Notes: generated by a model from the letters alone, not told the origin. Positions 1 through 14,095 are shown, counted from the stretch's first letter. The stretch is 64,000 nt of DNA from Oceanispirochaeta sp. (GCA_963666275.2 CAXXOA010000001.1:960001-1024000); one strand, 5' to 3'. Made by a program: numbers and translations.

Positions 1-479
1 TAAATCTGATGAGATCCCTGCTTCCTGAACAGGTAGGCATTCTCGGAACCCATCCTATGTTCGGGCCCGATTCCGGCAAGGACGGCGTGAAGGGACTTCC
101 CATCGTGCTGTGTCAGGAGAGGATCAGTGATGAGCAGTATATTTTCTGGAAAGACCGTTTCCGGGAGATGGGCCTTGTTCTCCAGGAGATGACTCCCGAA
201 GAGCATGATCGCGAAGCCGCCTACACCCAGGGGATTACCCATTTTGTGGGAAGGACTCTCAACGAACTGAACCTTCATGAGAGTTCCATCGGTACCGCCG
301 GTTATACAAGACTTCTGGATATCATCAGACAAACCTGTAATGATCCCTGGCAGCTATTTCTGGATCTCCAAAAATACAATCCCTATACATCTCAGATGAG
401 ACGGGATCTGCACCGGGGACTGGAAAAGATGCTGCAGACTTTTGATAATATAGAAAGTTTAGGAGACCGGGATGGCTGA
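1..479 (+). CDS. tyrA: Prephenate dehydrogenase, C-terminal part (5' truncated by window edge)
   Basis: HPMFGP motif and EEHDxxxAxTQGxTH dimerisation-region motif; frame is open to the window start. Confidence 0.85.
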   Translation, partial: NLMRSLLPEQVGILGTHPMFGPDSGKDGVKGLPIVLCQERISDEQYIFWKDRFREMGLVLQEMTPEEHDREAAYTQGITHFVGRTLNELNLHESSIGTAGYTRLLDIIRQTCNDPWQLFLDLQKYNPYTSQMRRDLHRGLEKMLQTFDNIESLGDRDG

Positions 480-837
480 AATACATTCGAAAAAAATCAA
501 GGAACATCGGCTGGACACTGTTCTGGCAGAAGACATTGTTTTCAATGGAGAGGTCTCTTTCTCTCAGGAACTCATGATCAAAGGCAAATTCGAAGGCCGG
601 ATCAAGGCTGACGGGGATCTTTTCATTGCGGAAAATGCCGACATAAAAGCGGAAATCGACGCCAGATCCGTCCATGTCCGCGGCCGTGTGGAAGGCAATG
701 TCACCGCAGAAACCCAGGTCGAACTGATGGGCTGTGCCGAAGTGATCGGCGACATAACAGCGCCCCGGATCGTCATGGAGACAGGCTGCCGTTTTGAAGG
801 TGTAAGCCGTATGCTTCCCCAGGAGAAAAAATCATGA
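472..837 (+). CDS. Bactofilin (polymer-forming cytoskeletal protein)
   Basis: Beta-helix repeats (IKGKFEGRI, VRGRVEGNV, VIGDITAPRIVMETGCRFEG). Confidence 0.9.
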   Translation: MAEIHSKKIKEHRLDTVLAEDIVFNGEVSFSQELMIKGKFEGRIKADGDLFIAENADIKAEIDARSVHVRGRVEGNVTAETQVELMGCAEVIGDITAPRIVMETGCRFEGVSRMLPQEKKS

Positions 838-1475
838 ACTTAAGAGTAGGCACCCTGCTTTTCATTCTATCCGCTCTGTTGATCCTTCCTGTCAGTGCTC
901 AGGAAAAAAAGGATGCCCTGAAACTGTACCGTCAGGGCTCCTATGAAGAGTCCGTTGCTGTCTGTCTTGAAGAACTGGAATCCTACAGTGATACCCAGAT
1001 TGTCCGCCGCATGGATTCCTATACTGTTCTGGGATGGGCCCTGATCGGGCTGAACCGCTACGATGACGCTATCGCTTATTCAAAAGAAGCGCTGAATTAT
1101 TCCCGATACGACACCCGGGTTATTGAAACTCTGGGAGAAGCCTATTATTTTAAAGGGGACTACACGGAAGGGCTGAACTATTTTCAGCAGTATGTTGCTC
1201 TGAATCCCACAGGAGACCGGATTGCCCAGGTTTACTCCTATATGGGAGAAACATACATTCGTATGGGAATGTACAATCATGCGGACATCGCATTGACAAC
1301 AGCCCTCTACCATGTCCCTTCCGTTGCCAGATGGTGGTCCCGTCTCGGTTATGCCCGGGAAGGTGCCGGACTGGCAGACACGGCTGAAGAAGCCTACTCA
1401 AAAGCCCTCTCGCTGCAGCCCAATCTGCAGGAGGCACGAAAGGGGCTTGAAAGGATACGGGGTACTGAATCCTGA
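834..1475 (+). CDS. Exported TPR-repeat protein
   Basis: Signal peptide (VSA-Q); TPR repeats (LGEAYY, MGETYI, LGYARE). Confidence 0.85.
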   Translation: MNLRVGTLLFILSALLILPVSAQEKKDALKLYRQGSYEESVAVCLEELESYSDTQIVRRMDSYTVLGWALIGLNRYDDAIAYSKEALNYSRYDTRVIETLGEAYYFKGDYTEGLNYFQQYVALNPTGDRIAQVYSYMGETYIRMGMYNHADIALTTALYHVPSVARWWSRLGYAREGAGLADTAEEAYSKALSLQPNLQEARKGLERIRGTES

Positions 1476-1483
1476 TTTTATAG

Positions 1484-2842
1484 ATGAAAGCATCATTTTT
1501 TACTTTCGGCTGCAAGCTGAATCAGTGTGAAACTGAAGCGCTGGCCGATTCTTTTGAGAAGCAGGGGTTCGAAATTGTCAATTTCGAGTCTGCTTCCAAC
1601 GTTTTTGTTATCAATACCTGCACGGTTACGTCAAAAAGCGAACAGAAAGCCAGAAGGGTTATCCGCAAGGCCAGCAGAGAGTTCCCGGACTCTCTTGTCC
1701 TTGTCACAGGGTGCTATGCCCAGCTGGAACCGGATCTGATCCGGGAACTGGGGGACAATGTCCTTTCAGTTCCTCTGGATCAGAAAGATCTCATAATGGA
1801 TCTTGCCGGCTACCTGGGAAGTGAGCTTCAGGCGGGAGACAATCTCTACAAAAAAGCGGGTTTCTGGCTGGAGACACAGGCTCCGGGGATCGAGAATCCC
1901 CAGAACCGCTTCCGGTTCTCTGCTGCAGACTTCAATTTCCATGCCCGGGCATTCCTCAAAATCCAGGACGGCTGCGACAACCGCTGCGCCTACTGCCGTG
2001 TCTGTCTGGCCAGGGGGGCCTCGGTCAGTCTGGAAAGTGACAGAATCATAGAAAGGCTCAAAGAGCTTGAAGCCTCCGGATCGAGGGAAATTGTTCTGAC
2101 CGGAGTGAATATCGATTCCTACAGGGATGGAGACAGGGACCTTTCGGGGCTTCTTGAACGGATCATGGAGGAAACATCAGGCTTCCGGGTCCGCCTGTCT
2201 TCCCTGGAACCGGAAACTCTCCTGAGCCGGGATCTGAGTATCCTCTCCCATCCCCGGATCTGCCCGCATTTTCATGTTTCCGCCCAGTCCGGTTCGGACA
2301 GTGTTCTGGGCAGGATGAACCGGCCCTATGACTCATCCGCTGTCAGAGAGGCTGTCACCCGCCTGAGAGAGCTCAAGGATGATCCCTTCATTGCTGCGGA
2401 CCTTATCTCCGGATTTCCCGGGGAGAGCGATCAGGAGCATCAGGAAACCCTTTCCCTTGTAAAGGAAATGGGGTTTACCCGTATACATGTTTTTCCATTT
2501 TCCGCCCGTCCCGGCACAGCCGCCTGGGATATGAAACCTCAGGTCCCCCAGCGTATAACCGGGGAAAGGACCAGTGAGCTCCGCCGGGCTTCCGGCCGCT
2601 TTCACGAAGAGTACTTCCAGCGGTGGATGAACAGGAACGTCAGTGTCCTCCTTGAAGAGAGAAAGACGATCGGAGGCAGAGAGTACTGGGAAGGAACTTC
2701 CGAGAACTATCTGAAGGTCCGCATTCCCGCCGGAGCTCTGGATGGAAATGACGAAACTGTCCGGGGAAGCATCGTACCCTGTATTATCGAGTATCACAAA
2801 AATTTTATCTGTTACGGTAACACAGGCTCTCCTCACATTTAA
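1484..2842 (+). CDS. mtaB: tRNA t6A37 methylthiotransferase (radical SAM)
   Basis: TFGCKLNQCETE, INTCTVT, VTGCYAQ, KIQDGCDNRCAYC, HVFPFSARPGT. Confidence 0.9.
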   Translation: MKASFFTFGCKLNQCETEALADSFEKQGFEIVNFESASNVFVINTCTVTSKSEQKARRVIRKASREFPDSLVLVTGCYAQLEPDLIRELGDNVLSVPLDQKDLIMDLAGYLGSELQAGDNLYKKAGFWLETQAPGIENPQNRFRFSAADFNFHARAFLKIQDGCDNRCAYCRVCLARGASVSLESDRIIERLKELEASGSREIVLTGVNIDSYRDGDRDLSGLLERIMEETSGFRVRLSSLEPETLLSRDLSILSHPRICPHFHVSAQSGSDSVLGRMNRPYDSSAVREAVTRLRELKDDPFIAADLISGFPGESDQEHQETLSLVKEMGFTRIHVFPFSARPGTAAWDMKPQVPQRITGERTSELRRASGRFHEEYFQRWMNRNVSVLLEERKTIGGREYWEGTSENYLKVRIPAGALDGNDETVRGSIVPCIIEYHKNFICYGNTGSPHI

Positions 2843-2971
2843 TCGGTTGATTATTCCTCAAATTGCGATACTATTATAAAAGGAGTCGGATATTTTCCGG
2901 CTTTTTAAAAAAATAGTTTCAGTTCTGCTGAAACACCAATAGAATTAAAAATAGTGAATCAGGAGGCAATC

Positions 2972-3880
2972 ATGATAAAGAGAACTGCAGGAGGGCTTGC
3001 GGCACTTTTGCTGATGTTGCTCCTTTCGGGTTGTAATCCCTTTACAACCAATATTTATTCCGGCATAGACGAGTACAGGATGCCCGATCTGGATGATGTG
3101 GATGAGGTTCTCGATGCCGCCAATGATCCGGACTTCTATGATAATCTGAAGGATGATCCCAAGGCGAAGCAGAAGGTGCTGGAAACTCTGGAAGAGACCT
3201 ATAATGATCCCGATGAGGATGAGGAAACCAGGCAGGAAGCGGCAATCATGGCCGCGGATGTACATCTGAAAACCTCAGACACCGAAGAGACCCTGGATAA
3301 TTTCAATGATCTGATCAGCGATGCCGTCAACGGAGAAGAAATCTATGATCCCGATAGCGGAGACGGGCCGGAAGTTCTGTTCAAAAGCCTTTTCGGTGAT
3401 CCTCCCTATCCTGTGGGAACGTCTACCACAAGCTCCAGCTATATTTCCTACAAAGCCCTGGTTGTGACCCAGTTGAACGGATTTCTCCTGGCTGTCCCGG
3501 CTCTGCAGGTATACGGGAACAATGTGAATGCAGGGTTCCCCATTCCCCCTGATTCCAATGCGGGAGATACGGCGACCAAGGCTCTGATGGCGGGTCTGAC
3601 CCGGTATATAAGCTATATGCTCGATGTGGACGGGGATAACAGTACCGTCAGTGACGCCGGTTATGTTTCCGGTATCGAAGCGGCCGATGTGGAAAGGCTG
3701 GCGGTCTATCTGGCCAATCCTGATCCCGCTGCCACCCTTGAGGGGCAGTATAAACGGGAGCTGACTGTTCCTGATGGTATAGATGAGATCGAGTATTTTC
3801 TGACAGATCCTGTTAGCGGTGATAAAGGCATTTACTATGCTGTAAATGCCGGACTTGATATCAATTCACTGATGGACTAA
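2972..3880 (+). CDS. Acidic lipoprotein of unknown function
   Basis: AGGAGG before ATG 2972; lipobox LLSGC; very Asp/Glu-rich. Confidence 0.8.
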   Translation: MIKRTAGGLAALLLMLLLSGCNPFTTNIYSGIDEYRMPDLDDVDEVLDAANDPDFYDNLKDDPKAKQKVLETLEETYNDPDEDEETRQEAAIMAADVHLKTSDTEETLDNFNDLISDAVNGEEIYDPDSGDGPEVLFKSLFGDPPYPVGTSTTSSSYISYKALVVTQLNGFLLAVPALQVYGNNVNAGFPIPPDSNAGDTATKALMAGLTRYISYMLDVDGDNSTVSDAGYVSGIEAADVERLAVYLANPDPAATLEGQYKRELTVPDGIDEIEYFLTDPVSGDKGIYYAVNAGLDINSLMD

Positions 3881-3893
3881 TAGGAGCTGAAGA

Positions 3894-5090
3894 ATGAAGA
3901 AAATACTGCTGCTTATACTGACTATTCTATTTACGGCGGGCACTCTTGCTGCAGGAGACCGCTATTATACATCTCCTTTCCGCTGGTACAGCCCGGAAGT
4001 GCAGGCCCAGGGAGGATCTTATTTTTCCAATGCCCAGGGGTTTAACTCCCTTCTCTATAATCCGGCGGCGTTCTATAAAACAGTGGAAAAAATGAAGAGG
4101 AACGGAGAGGTTGAACAGGATGGGGAGATTACTATCCTTTCCATGAGTTCCTCCTATTCTGGTAATATCTTTCAGTTTATGGAAGAGTATAGAGAGGAAC
4201 CGGACAACCTTGTGGGGATCATTCTGGATCAGGTAACAGACTCCGGTTTAGGTGCAGGCATGCAGGTGGGGTCCGGCTATGTAGGGAAAGGTTTCGGTGT
4301 AGGGCTGATGTCGGTCATCGACGCCGATCTTCCCCCAGTAGAAACCACACTGGGCCTTACGGCTGATTTCACCTGGACGTCCGGAATTGTCGCCGGATAT
4401 GCCCATCCTTTCCATGTGGGCCCTGTTAAACTGGTCGCTGGAGCGGATATCCGGCCCATGTACCGGTATCTGATTCCCGGAGTCAATGTCTCCTCTTTTC
4501 TGGGGGAGGATGACGGATCGTCCTCTGACAGCGGTGACGATCTGGATCTGACAGGAATTGATGCCATGGCCGGTCTGGGGGTCGGTGTGGATGCAGCTGC
4601 TGACGTTTACTGGAAGGATTTCATCTTCAGTCTTGTACTGAGGGATATCGGTAATACCCGGTTTTTCTTCAATCCCCTCAATTCTCTGGGATCCACTGAA
4701 TTTTCCGATGCCGATGAGGTGGAAGATACCTACATAACCCCATGGACTCTGAATCTGGGTACCTCCTATCATCCTGTATTCGGAAAGCTGAATAAGTTTA
4801 TGGATTTTAAGGTCCATGGCGCCTGGTCGCAGCCTCTGATATTTGAAGATACTCTCTACGGATACAATGCCCAGTCCTTCTGGACAAAGCTTGATCTGGG
4901 AGCCGAAATTGTACTCCTTTCATCCGTGGCCCTGAGGACAGGGCTGCAGGGGGGATATTTTACCGCAGGATTTGGACTGGATCTGTTTTTTGTCGAGCTC
5001 AACGGGGCTCTGTATGCGGAAGAACTGGGGTCCAACGCGGGAGTTCAGCCCAAAATGGGCGGAGCTCTGGAAATGGCATTCCGCTTCTAA
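3894..5090 (+). CDS. Predicted outer-membrane beta-barrel protein (FadL/TraF-like)
   Basis: Signal peptide, LLYNPAA motif near N-terminus, alternating amphipathic strands, C-terminal Phe (LEMAFRF). Confidence 0.7.
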   Translation: MKKILLLILTILFTAGTLAAGDRYYTSPFRWYSPEVQAQGGSYFSNAQGFNSLLYNPAAFYKTVEKMKRNGEVEQDGEITILSMSSSYSGNIFQFMEEYREEPDNLVGIILDQVTDSGLGAGMQVGSGYVGKGFGVGLMSVIDADLPPVETTLGLTADFTWTSGIVAGYAHPFHVGPVKLVAGADIRPMYRYLIPGVNVSSFLGEDDGSSSDSGDDLDLTGIDAMAGLGVGVDAAADVYWKDFIFSLVLRDIGNTRFFFNPLNSLGSTEFSDADEVEDTYITPWTLNLGTSYHPVFGKLNKFMDFKVHGAWSQPLIFEDTLYGYNAQSFWTKLDLGAEIVLLSSVALRTGLQGGYFTAGFGLDLFFVELNGALYAEELGSNAGVQPKMGGALEMAFRF

Positions 5091-5111
5091 TCTGCCCGTC
5101 TGAATGCCTCG

Positions 5112-5141
5112 GCCCGGGAGTACAGCTCCCGGGCTTTTTTT
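5112..5141 (+). terminator. Intrinsic terminator
   Basis: GCCCGGGAG-tacag-CTCCCGGGC followed by T7. Confidence 0.9.
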
Positions 5142-5249
5142 ATACGCATTTCGTAAAGATCCTGTAATGCAAATCATTGCCTATTCGGATTTTATTTTTA
5201 TCTATAGAGTTGCTGTCATAATTATATATCAGTTTTTTACGAATAAGTG

Positions 5250-5278
5250 TTGACACTTTCAGGGCCATTTGGTATCTT
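5250..5278 (+). promoter_or_regulatory. Sigma70 promoter of tRNA cluster
   Basis: TTGACA-17 nt-TATCTT just upstream of tRNA-Lys. Confidence 0.8.
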
Positions 5279-5292
5279 CTCAATCGTTCTAC

Positions 5293-5365
5293 GGGCCGCT
5301 AGCTCAGCTGGCAGAGCAACGCCCTTTTAAGGCGTGGGTCACTGGTTCGAACCCAGTGCGGCTCA
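5293..5365 (+). tRNA. tRNA-Lys(TTT)
   Basis: Cloverleaf; anticodon arm ACGCC-CT TTT AA-GGCGT; GTTCGAA T-loop; no encoded CCA. Confidence 0.97.
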
Positions 5366-5388
5366 TAGGCTAACCGAATGAACAATTT

Positions 5389-5460
5389 GTCTCCATCGTC
5401 TAGGGGTTAGGACACCGGGTTTTCATCCCGGCAACGGGGGTTCGATTCCCCCTGGAGATG
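5389..5460 (+). tRNA. tRNA-Glu(TTC)
   Basis: Anticodon arm CCGGG-TT TTC AT-CCCGG; GTTCGAT T-loop. Confidence 0.97.
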
Positions 5461-5464
5461 CTAC

Positions 5465-5537
5465 GGGCCGCTAGCTCAGCTGGCAGAGCAACGCCCTTTT
5501 AAGGCGTGGGTCACTGGTTCGAACCCAGTGCGGCTCA
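5465..5537 (+). tRNA. tRNA-Lys(TTT), identical second copy
   Basis: Identical to 5293-5365. Confidence 0.97.
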
Positions 5538-5560
5538 TCCGTATTGTTCGGTTAGTTTTT

Positions 5561-5632
5561 GTCTCCATCGTCTAGGGGTTAGGACACCGGGTTTTCATCC
5601 CGGCAACGGGGGTTCGATTCCCCCTGGAGATG
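5561..5632 (+). tRNA. tRNA-Glu(TTC), identical second copy
   Basis: Identical to 5389-5460. Confidence 0.97.
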
Positions 5633-5638
5633 CTCCTT

Positions 5639-5669
5639 AAAGGCTACTCGCTTGAGTAGCCTTTTTTTT
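5639..5669 (+). terminator. Intrinsic terminator of tRNA cluster
   Basis: AAAGGCTACTC-gctt-GAGTAGCCTTT plus T-run. Confidence 0.9.
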
Positions 5670-5794
5670 ATCCTTCACTCATTTGCTCCCTTCCGGTTTT
5701 TCAGTAACCTATCCCTAGGAAAGAAACTCCGAATCCAATATTTAAAAGACAGGGAATGTTGTGTATAATGGGTGGAAAACGTTGAGGAAATGGT

Positions 5795-6865
5795 ATGAGT
5801 AAGAATATAGTGCTGAAAGCAGAAGATCTAAACGGTTATCTCACAGAAGAGGACCAGAAAAATATCAACAGAATGAATGAATACTACTCCGAGGCATCTG
5901 CGTCTTTTAAATCCCTTTCCATTGCCGAAGGCAATTCGGCTGTGATTCAGAAAGAGACTGATAAAATCATCAAACTTTATGAAGTCATGGGTGACTTTAT
6001 GAAGGAGATCACTTCCAAAGAGGATGCGATCAGAGTCTACTCTTTTGAAACTCCCCAGCTGAAGCATGGAGAAGTTTCCCGGCTGATCGCCAAATTGAGA
6101 GATTTGAGAACTCCCCATGACGAGTTTGTCTACTATGTACAGAGAGCCTACGAACTTCTGTTCAACCTGGCATACGACGGAGGGGAGTCCAACAGGAAGA
6201 ATCATCTGATTGTTAAAACACCGGTGACGGTTCCCGTGCAGAATTATGCTGTTCACAAGATTCCCGATGTGGATGATGCCATCTCGGATTCTGTTATGTG
6301 CGTGATGCTCAGGGGGGCTCTCCTTCCATCCATGATACTCAGCAAGGAAATCCAGGAGTACTCCTCCACCGGTTACGTAACGCCTTTTGCTCTTTTCAAG
6401 ATAAAAAGGGACGATACCAAGATGAAGGACAATATGGAGTATGTTCTTGATCTGGATAAATCTTTTTTTGATCCTGATCAGCTGGACGGGAAAAATCTTA
6501 TCTTTGCAGACCCCATGAATGCCACAGGAGGAAGTATGGTGACTATTGTCAAATACATCCTCAGTCTGGGTGTGAAACCCAAATCCATAAAATTCCTGAA
6601 TGTGATTTCTGCTCTGAAAGGAACACTTCAGATTATCCGTTCCATAGAAGACATCACATGTTATACCCTCTGGATGGATCCTGTCCTGAATCAGGCTGCG
6701 TATATTCTTCCCGGCCTGGGGGATGCGGGTGATAGATTGAATGGTCCCGATCAGGATGAATATCCCAGGAATATGATTCAGCTGATTGCCGATTACGGTG
6801 CCAATCTCGCCAACCTCTACAGAGCCCAGGTAAGGACTATTGAACAGACAATACTGGGCAACTAG
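5795..6865 (+). CDS. upp: Uracil phosphoribosyltransferase, long form
   Basis: PRPP loop LIFADPMNATGGS and YILPGLGDAGDR. Confidence 0.9.
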   Translation: MSKNIVLKAEDLNGYLTEEDQKNINRMNEYYSEASASFKSLSIAEGNSAVIQKETDKIIKLYEVMGDFMKEITSKEDAIRVYSFETPQLKHGEVSRLIAKLRDLRTPHDEFVYYVQRAYELLFNLAYDGGESNRKNHLIVKTPVTVPVQNYAVHKIPDVDDAISDSVMCVMLRGALLPSMILSKEIQEYSSTGYVTPFALFKIKRDDTKMKDNMEYVLDLDKSFFDPDQLDGKNLIFADPMNATGGSMVTIVKYILSLGVKPKSIKFLNVISALKGTLQIIRSIEDITCYTLWMDPVLNQAAYILPGLGDAGDRLNGPDQDEYPRNMIQLIADYGANLANLYRAQVRTIEQTILGN

Positions 6866-7814
6866 TCTAACTCTTCTTTTCTTTCTGGTTATTCTCTCGT
6901 CCTGCCAGAGCTCCCCTGAAAGGGAGAGGCTGGCAAAGGATTACTACAATATAGGGAATGCCTATTTTGATCTGGAACAGTATGATAAAGCTGTAGAGTA
7001 CTATGACAGGGCTCTGCAGCTGGACCCCACCATAAATCAGGCTGTGTTCAATATGGCCAGAACCAAAATCGAAACCGGGGATTTCCGAAGAGCTCTGAAG
7101 CTGCTGAACCGTCTGCTGGAAAGTGACCCGGAAAATGTTATGGTTCTGGAGATGATTGCGTATACCTATTATCGCATGGACTCCTTTCCGCAGGCCGTGG
7201 ATTTGTATAAGAGGATCCTTGTTCTGAACCCCTATAACAAAAAGGCACTGTACAACATAAGTATCCTTGAGGTTGAGCTGGAAAGGTTTGATCTGGCCCG
7301 CCTGCATCTGCAGAAGCTTCAGGAGCAGGAAGATAAAAGCGAGTACAGGAAGCTTCTTGCCGATATAGCCAGAGAGGAGGGGGATTCGGAAGCTGCCATA
7401 GGGCTCTATGAATCCATTGTGGCTGAAGACAAGGCCTCAGGCGATGTCTATACGGCTCTTAAGGAGCTCTATCTGGAGGAACAGCGCTATTCGGATGTCC
7501 TGACAGTGTTTGATGAACTGGTGGAGTCTTCTGAAAATGGATCAGAAAAAGCTGATCTTCTTTTTGAAAGGGCCCGGATAGAGTTTCTGTATCTGGAGGA
7601 TATGGTCCTGGGGCAGGAGCATCTGATTCAGGCTCTGCAGCTGGGATTCGGTTCCGGTGACTCTTCTTCCCTGGAGAGTCTGACGGAAGAGCTGGATTCG
7701 CCTGTGAAAGAACAGGTGGAAAAGATTATTGATGAGAACCTGATGGATCCGGAACCGGAAGAATCTGAAAAAAAGGAATTGGAAGTAGGAAACTCTTCTG
7801 ACAGTGAATCATAA
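6840..7814 (+). CDS. TPR-repeat lipoprotein
   Basis: Lipobox ILSSC; TPR repeats (YYNIGNAYFDLEQYDKAVEYYDRALQLDP). Confidence 0.85.
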   Translation: MNRQYWATSLTLLFFLVILSSCQSSPERERLAKDYYNIGNAYFDLEQYDKAVEYYDRALQLDPTINQAVFNMARTKIETGDFRRALKLLNRLLESDPENVMVLEMIAYTYYRMDSFPQAVDLYKRILVLNPYNKKALYNISILEVELERFDLARLHLQKLQEQEDKSEYRKLLADIAREEGDSEAAIGLYESIVAEDKASGDVYTALKELYLEEQRYSDVLTVFDELVESSENGSEKADLLFERARIEFLYLEDMVLGQEHLIQALQLGFGSGDSSSLESLTEELDSPVKEQVEKIIDENLMDPEPEESEKKELEVGNSSDSES

Positions 7815-7843
7815 AAAAAGCCGGCTCGAATGCCGGCTTTTTT
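7813..7843. terminator. Bidirectional intrinsic terminator
   Basis: A7-GCCGGC-tcgaat-GCCGGC-T6 between convergent genes. Confidence 0.85.
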
Positions 7844-7848
7844 CATTT

Positions 7849-8475
7849 TCAATCCAGGATCTTTTTCAAATCCTCGAAAACTTTTTCGGGTTTCTGGCTG
7901 CTGTCCACATCCACAAGGTTTCCCTCGTTTTTGTAGAACTCAATCAGCGGTGCTGTTGATTTGTCATATACGGACAATCTGTTTTTGATGGCTTCGATCT
8001 TGTCGTCGTCTCTGGTGTAGAGCTCTCCGGAGCACTTGTCGCAGACTCCCTCTTTTGCAGGGGGGATAAACTCGACATGAAAACTTTCACCGCAGCTGCG
8101 GCAGACTCGTCTGCCGGACAGTCTTCTGACCACTTCCTCTTCGGCAATGGTAAAGTTGACAACCTTTTCTATTCGGGTAATTTCCTTAAGCGCTTCGGCC
8201 TGGGGGATGGTCCGGGGGAATCCGTCCAGGATGAATCCTCTGGCAGTATCATCCTGTTCCAGTCTTTCTTTTACCATTGCCGTGGTCAGTTCGTCTGGAA
8301 CAAGGTTGCCGCTGTCAAGAATACTCTTTACCTGTTTTCCCAGTTCTGTCTGATTCTTAATGGCAGCCCTGAAAAGATCTCCCGTGGAAATATGGGGGAT
8401 ATCGTAGTGTTCTTTCGCTTTAAAGGCCATGGTTCCTTTGCCGGCACCGGGAGGGCCCAGAAAAATAAGATTCAT
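7849..8475 (-). CDS. adk: Adenylate kinase (zinc LID type)
   Basis: GPPGAGKGT, HISTGDLFR, LDGFPRT, CxxC...CxxC LID. Confidence 0.97.
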   Translation of the reverse strand: MNLIFLGPPGAGKGTMAFKAKEHYDIPHISTGDLFRAAIKNQTELGKQVKSILDSGNLVPDELTTAMVKERLEQDDTARGFILDGFPRTIPQAEALKEITRIEKVVNFTIAEEEVVRRLSGRRVCRSCGESFHVEFIPPAKEGVCDKCSGELYTRDDDKIEAIKNRLSVYDKSTAPLIEFYKNEGNLVDVDSSQKPEKVFEDLKKILD

Positions 8476-8478
8476 ATT

Positions 8479-8703
8479 CTATACCTCTTCTTTTATAATA
8501 GTGAAATTGTCATGGCACGGTTCAGAACAGAAATCCCTGTCATATCCGGATTCCAACGGGAAGTATCTGCCGCAGTTCCGGCATCTCCCGTATAAAGCTG
8601 CACACTCCTCTGAACAAAAAGTTTTATTGATCATAAGAAATTCAGGGCAGTACTTTCCGCAATTGGCGCATTTTCTGTAATTACTGATTTCCGTCTCAGA
8701 CAT
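8479..8703 (-). CDS. Small protein with two CxxC-x(14)-FCSxxC zinc-finger-like repeats
   Basis: CANCG...FCSEEC and CRNCG...FCSEPC; 3 nt upstream of adk; has its own promoter. Confidence 0.75.
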   Translation of the reverse strand: MSETEISNYRKCANCGKYCPEFLMINKTFCSEECAALYGRCRNCGRYFPLESGYDRDFCSEPCHDNFTIIKEEV

Positions 8704-8709
8704 CCTGCC

Positions 8710-8738
8710 ATCTTATATAAATAAAAATAGGTGGTCAA
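8710..8738 (-). promoter_or_regulatory. Sigma70 promoter for zinc-finger gene and adk (probably leaderless)
   Basis: TTGACC-17 nt-TAAGAT-6 nt-ATG on minus strand. Confidence 0.65.
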
Positions 8739-8814
8739 TATTGGCCTTATTCTCTATATGAAAAGAGGTTAGAGAATTGCCTCTTTGGAATTGAAGTTTT
8801 TTTTGCATTTCCTG

Positions 8815-8844
8815 TTGACAAAAAAAGCGAATAAACGTTATATT
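8815..8844 (+). promoter_or_regulatory. rRNA operon promoter
   Basis: TTGACA-18 nt-TATATT with T-rich UP-like tract; boxA-like TGTTCTTTTACA at about 8889-8900. Confidence 0.7.
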
Positions 8845-9240
8845 CACGGAGCGTTCGGGCAGTACAGCAGCGGACGCACAGAACTAAATGTTCTTTTACA
8901 AAGGAATTAGAGAAGGGGAATTGAAGTATTTGACGAAAGTCAAGTCCATTGCGAATCACAGGCATTTATGCCGGGGATCGCAATGATTGGTAGTATGTTC
9001 GGATCGCTGATCTTTTTAGATTGACGGTCCGCCCACTATGGTTCGGTTAAGGTTTATCTGAAGCCGTGACCATTAAGATTCCGTTCCTCGGCACTAGTGC
9101 CTGTGGTACGGAATATCGTTAGTTTTCTTTTAGAGATAAAGGGAATCTGACTCACTTTAAAGCGGATCAGGATGATTACATTCGACAGTATCTGTTTTGA
9201 AGCTTTGATACGAACTTATCCACTTCGGTGGATAAATTAT

Positions 9241-10782
<1,542 letters not shown>

Positions 10783-10953
10783 AGCGTGAAAGGTATAAAG
10801 ACCTTGAGTTTGTACACTTAAAGGCAGTGAGTCACTGAGCAATCGGTGCACTACTGATCATATATGGCTTGGCTTTCGTCAACTACTTCTAATTTCCCCT
10901 ATGTAATTTCTTAAAAAAGGCTTTAGCCATCAGGTGAAGGCCATGTTTAACCA

Positions 10954-11027
<74 letters not shown>

Positions 11028-11162
11028 TAAAAACGAAGTTTGTTTCTTCTGAGGATCAAACTTTTTTTACGCCGATTTTCTTGAAAAGAGGCGGGAGATG
11101 CATGAGACTTTACTCTTGCGGATCTTTTAAATAGGTAATAGCGAAGGGATAAATAATAATAT

Positions 11163-14095
<2,933 letters not shown>

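Noticed and set aside
5293..5632. Direct repeats with unique spacers resembling CRISPR
   Set aside because: The repeats are complete tRNA genes; no cas genes in the window
8747..8965. 72-aa ORF
   Set aside because: Lies antisense across the rRNA promoter and leader
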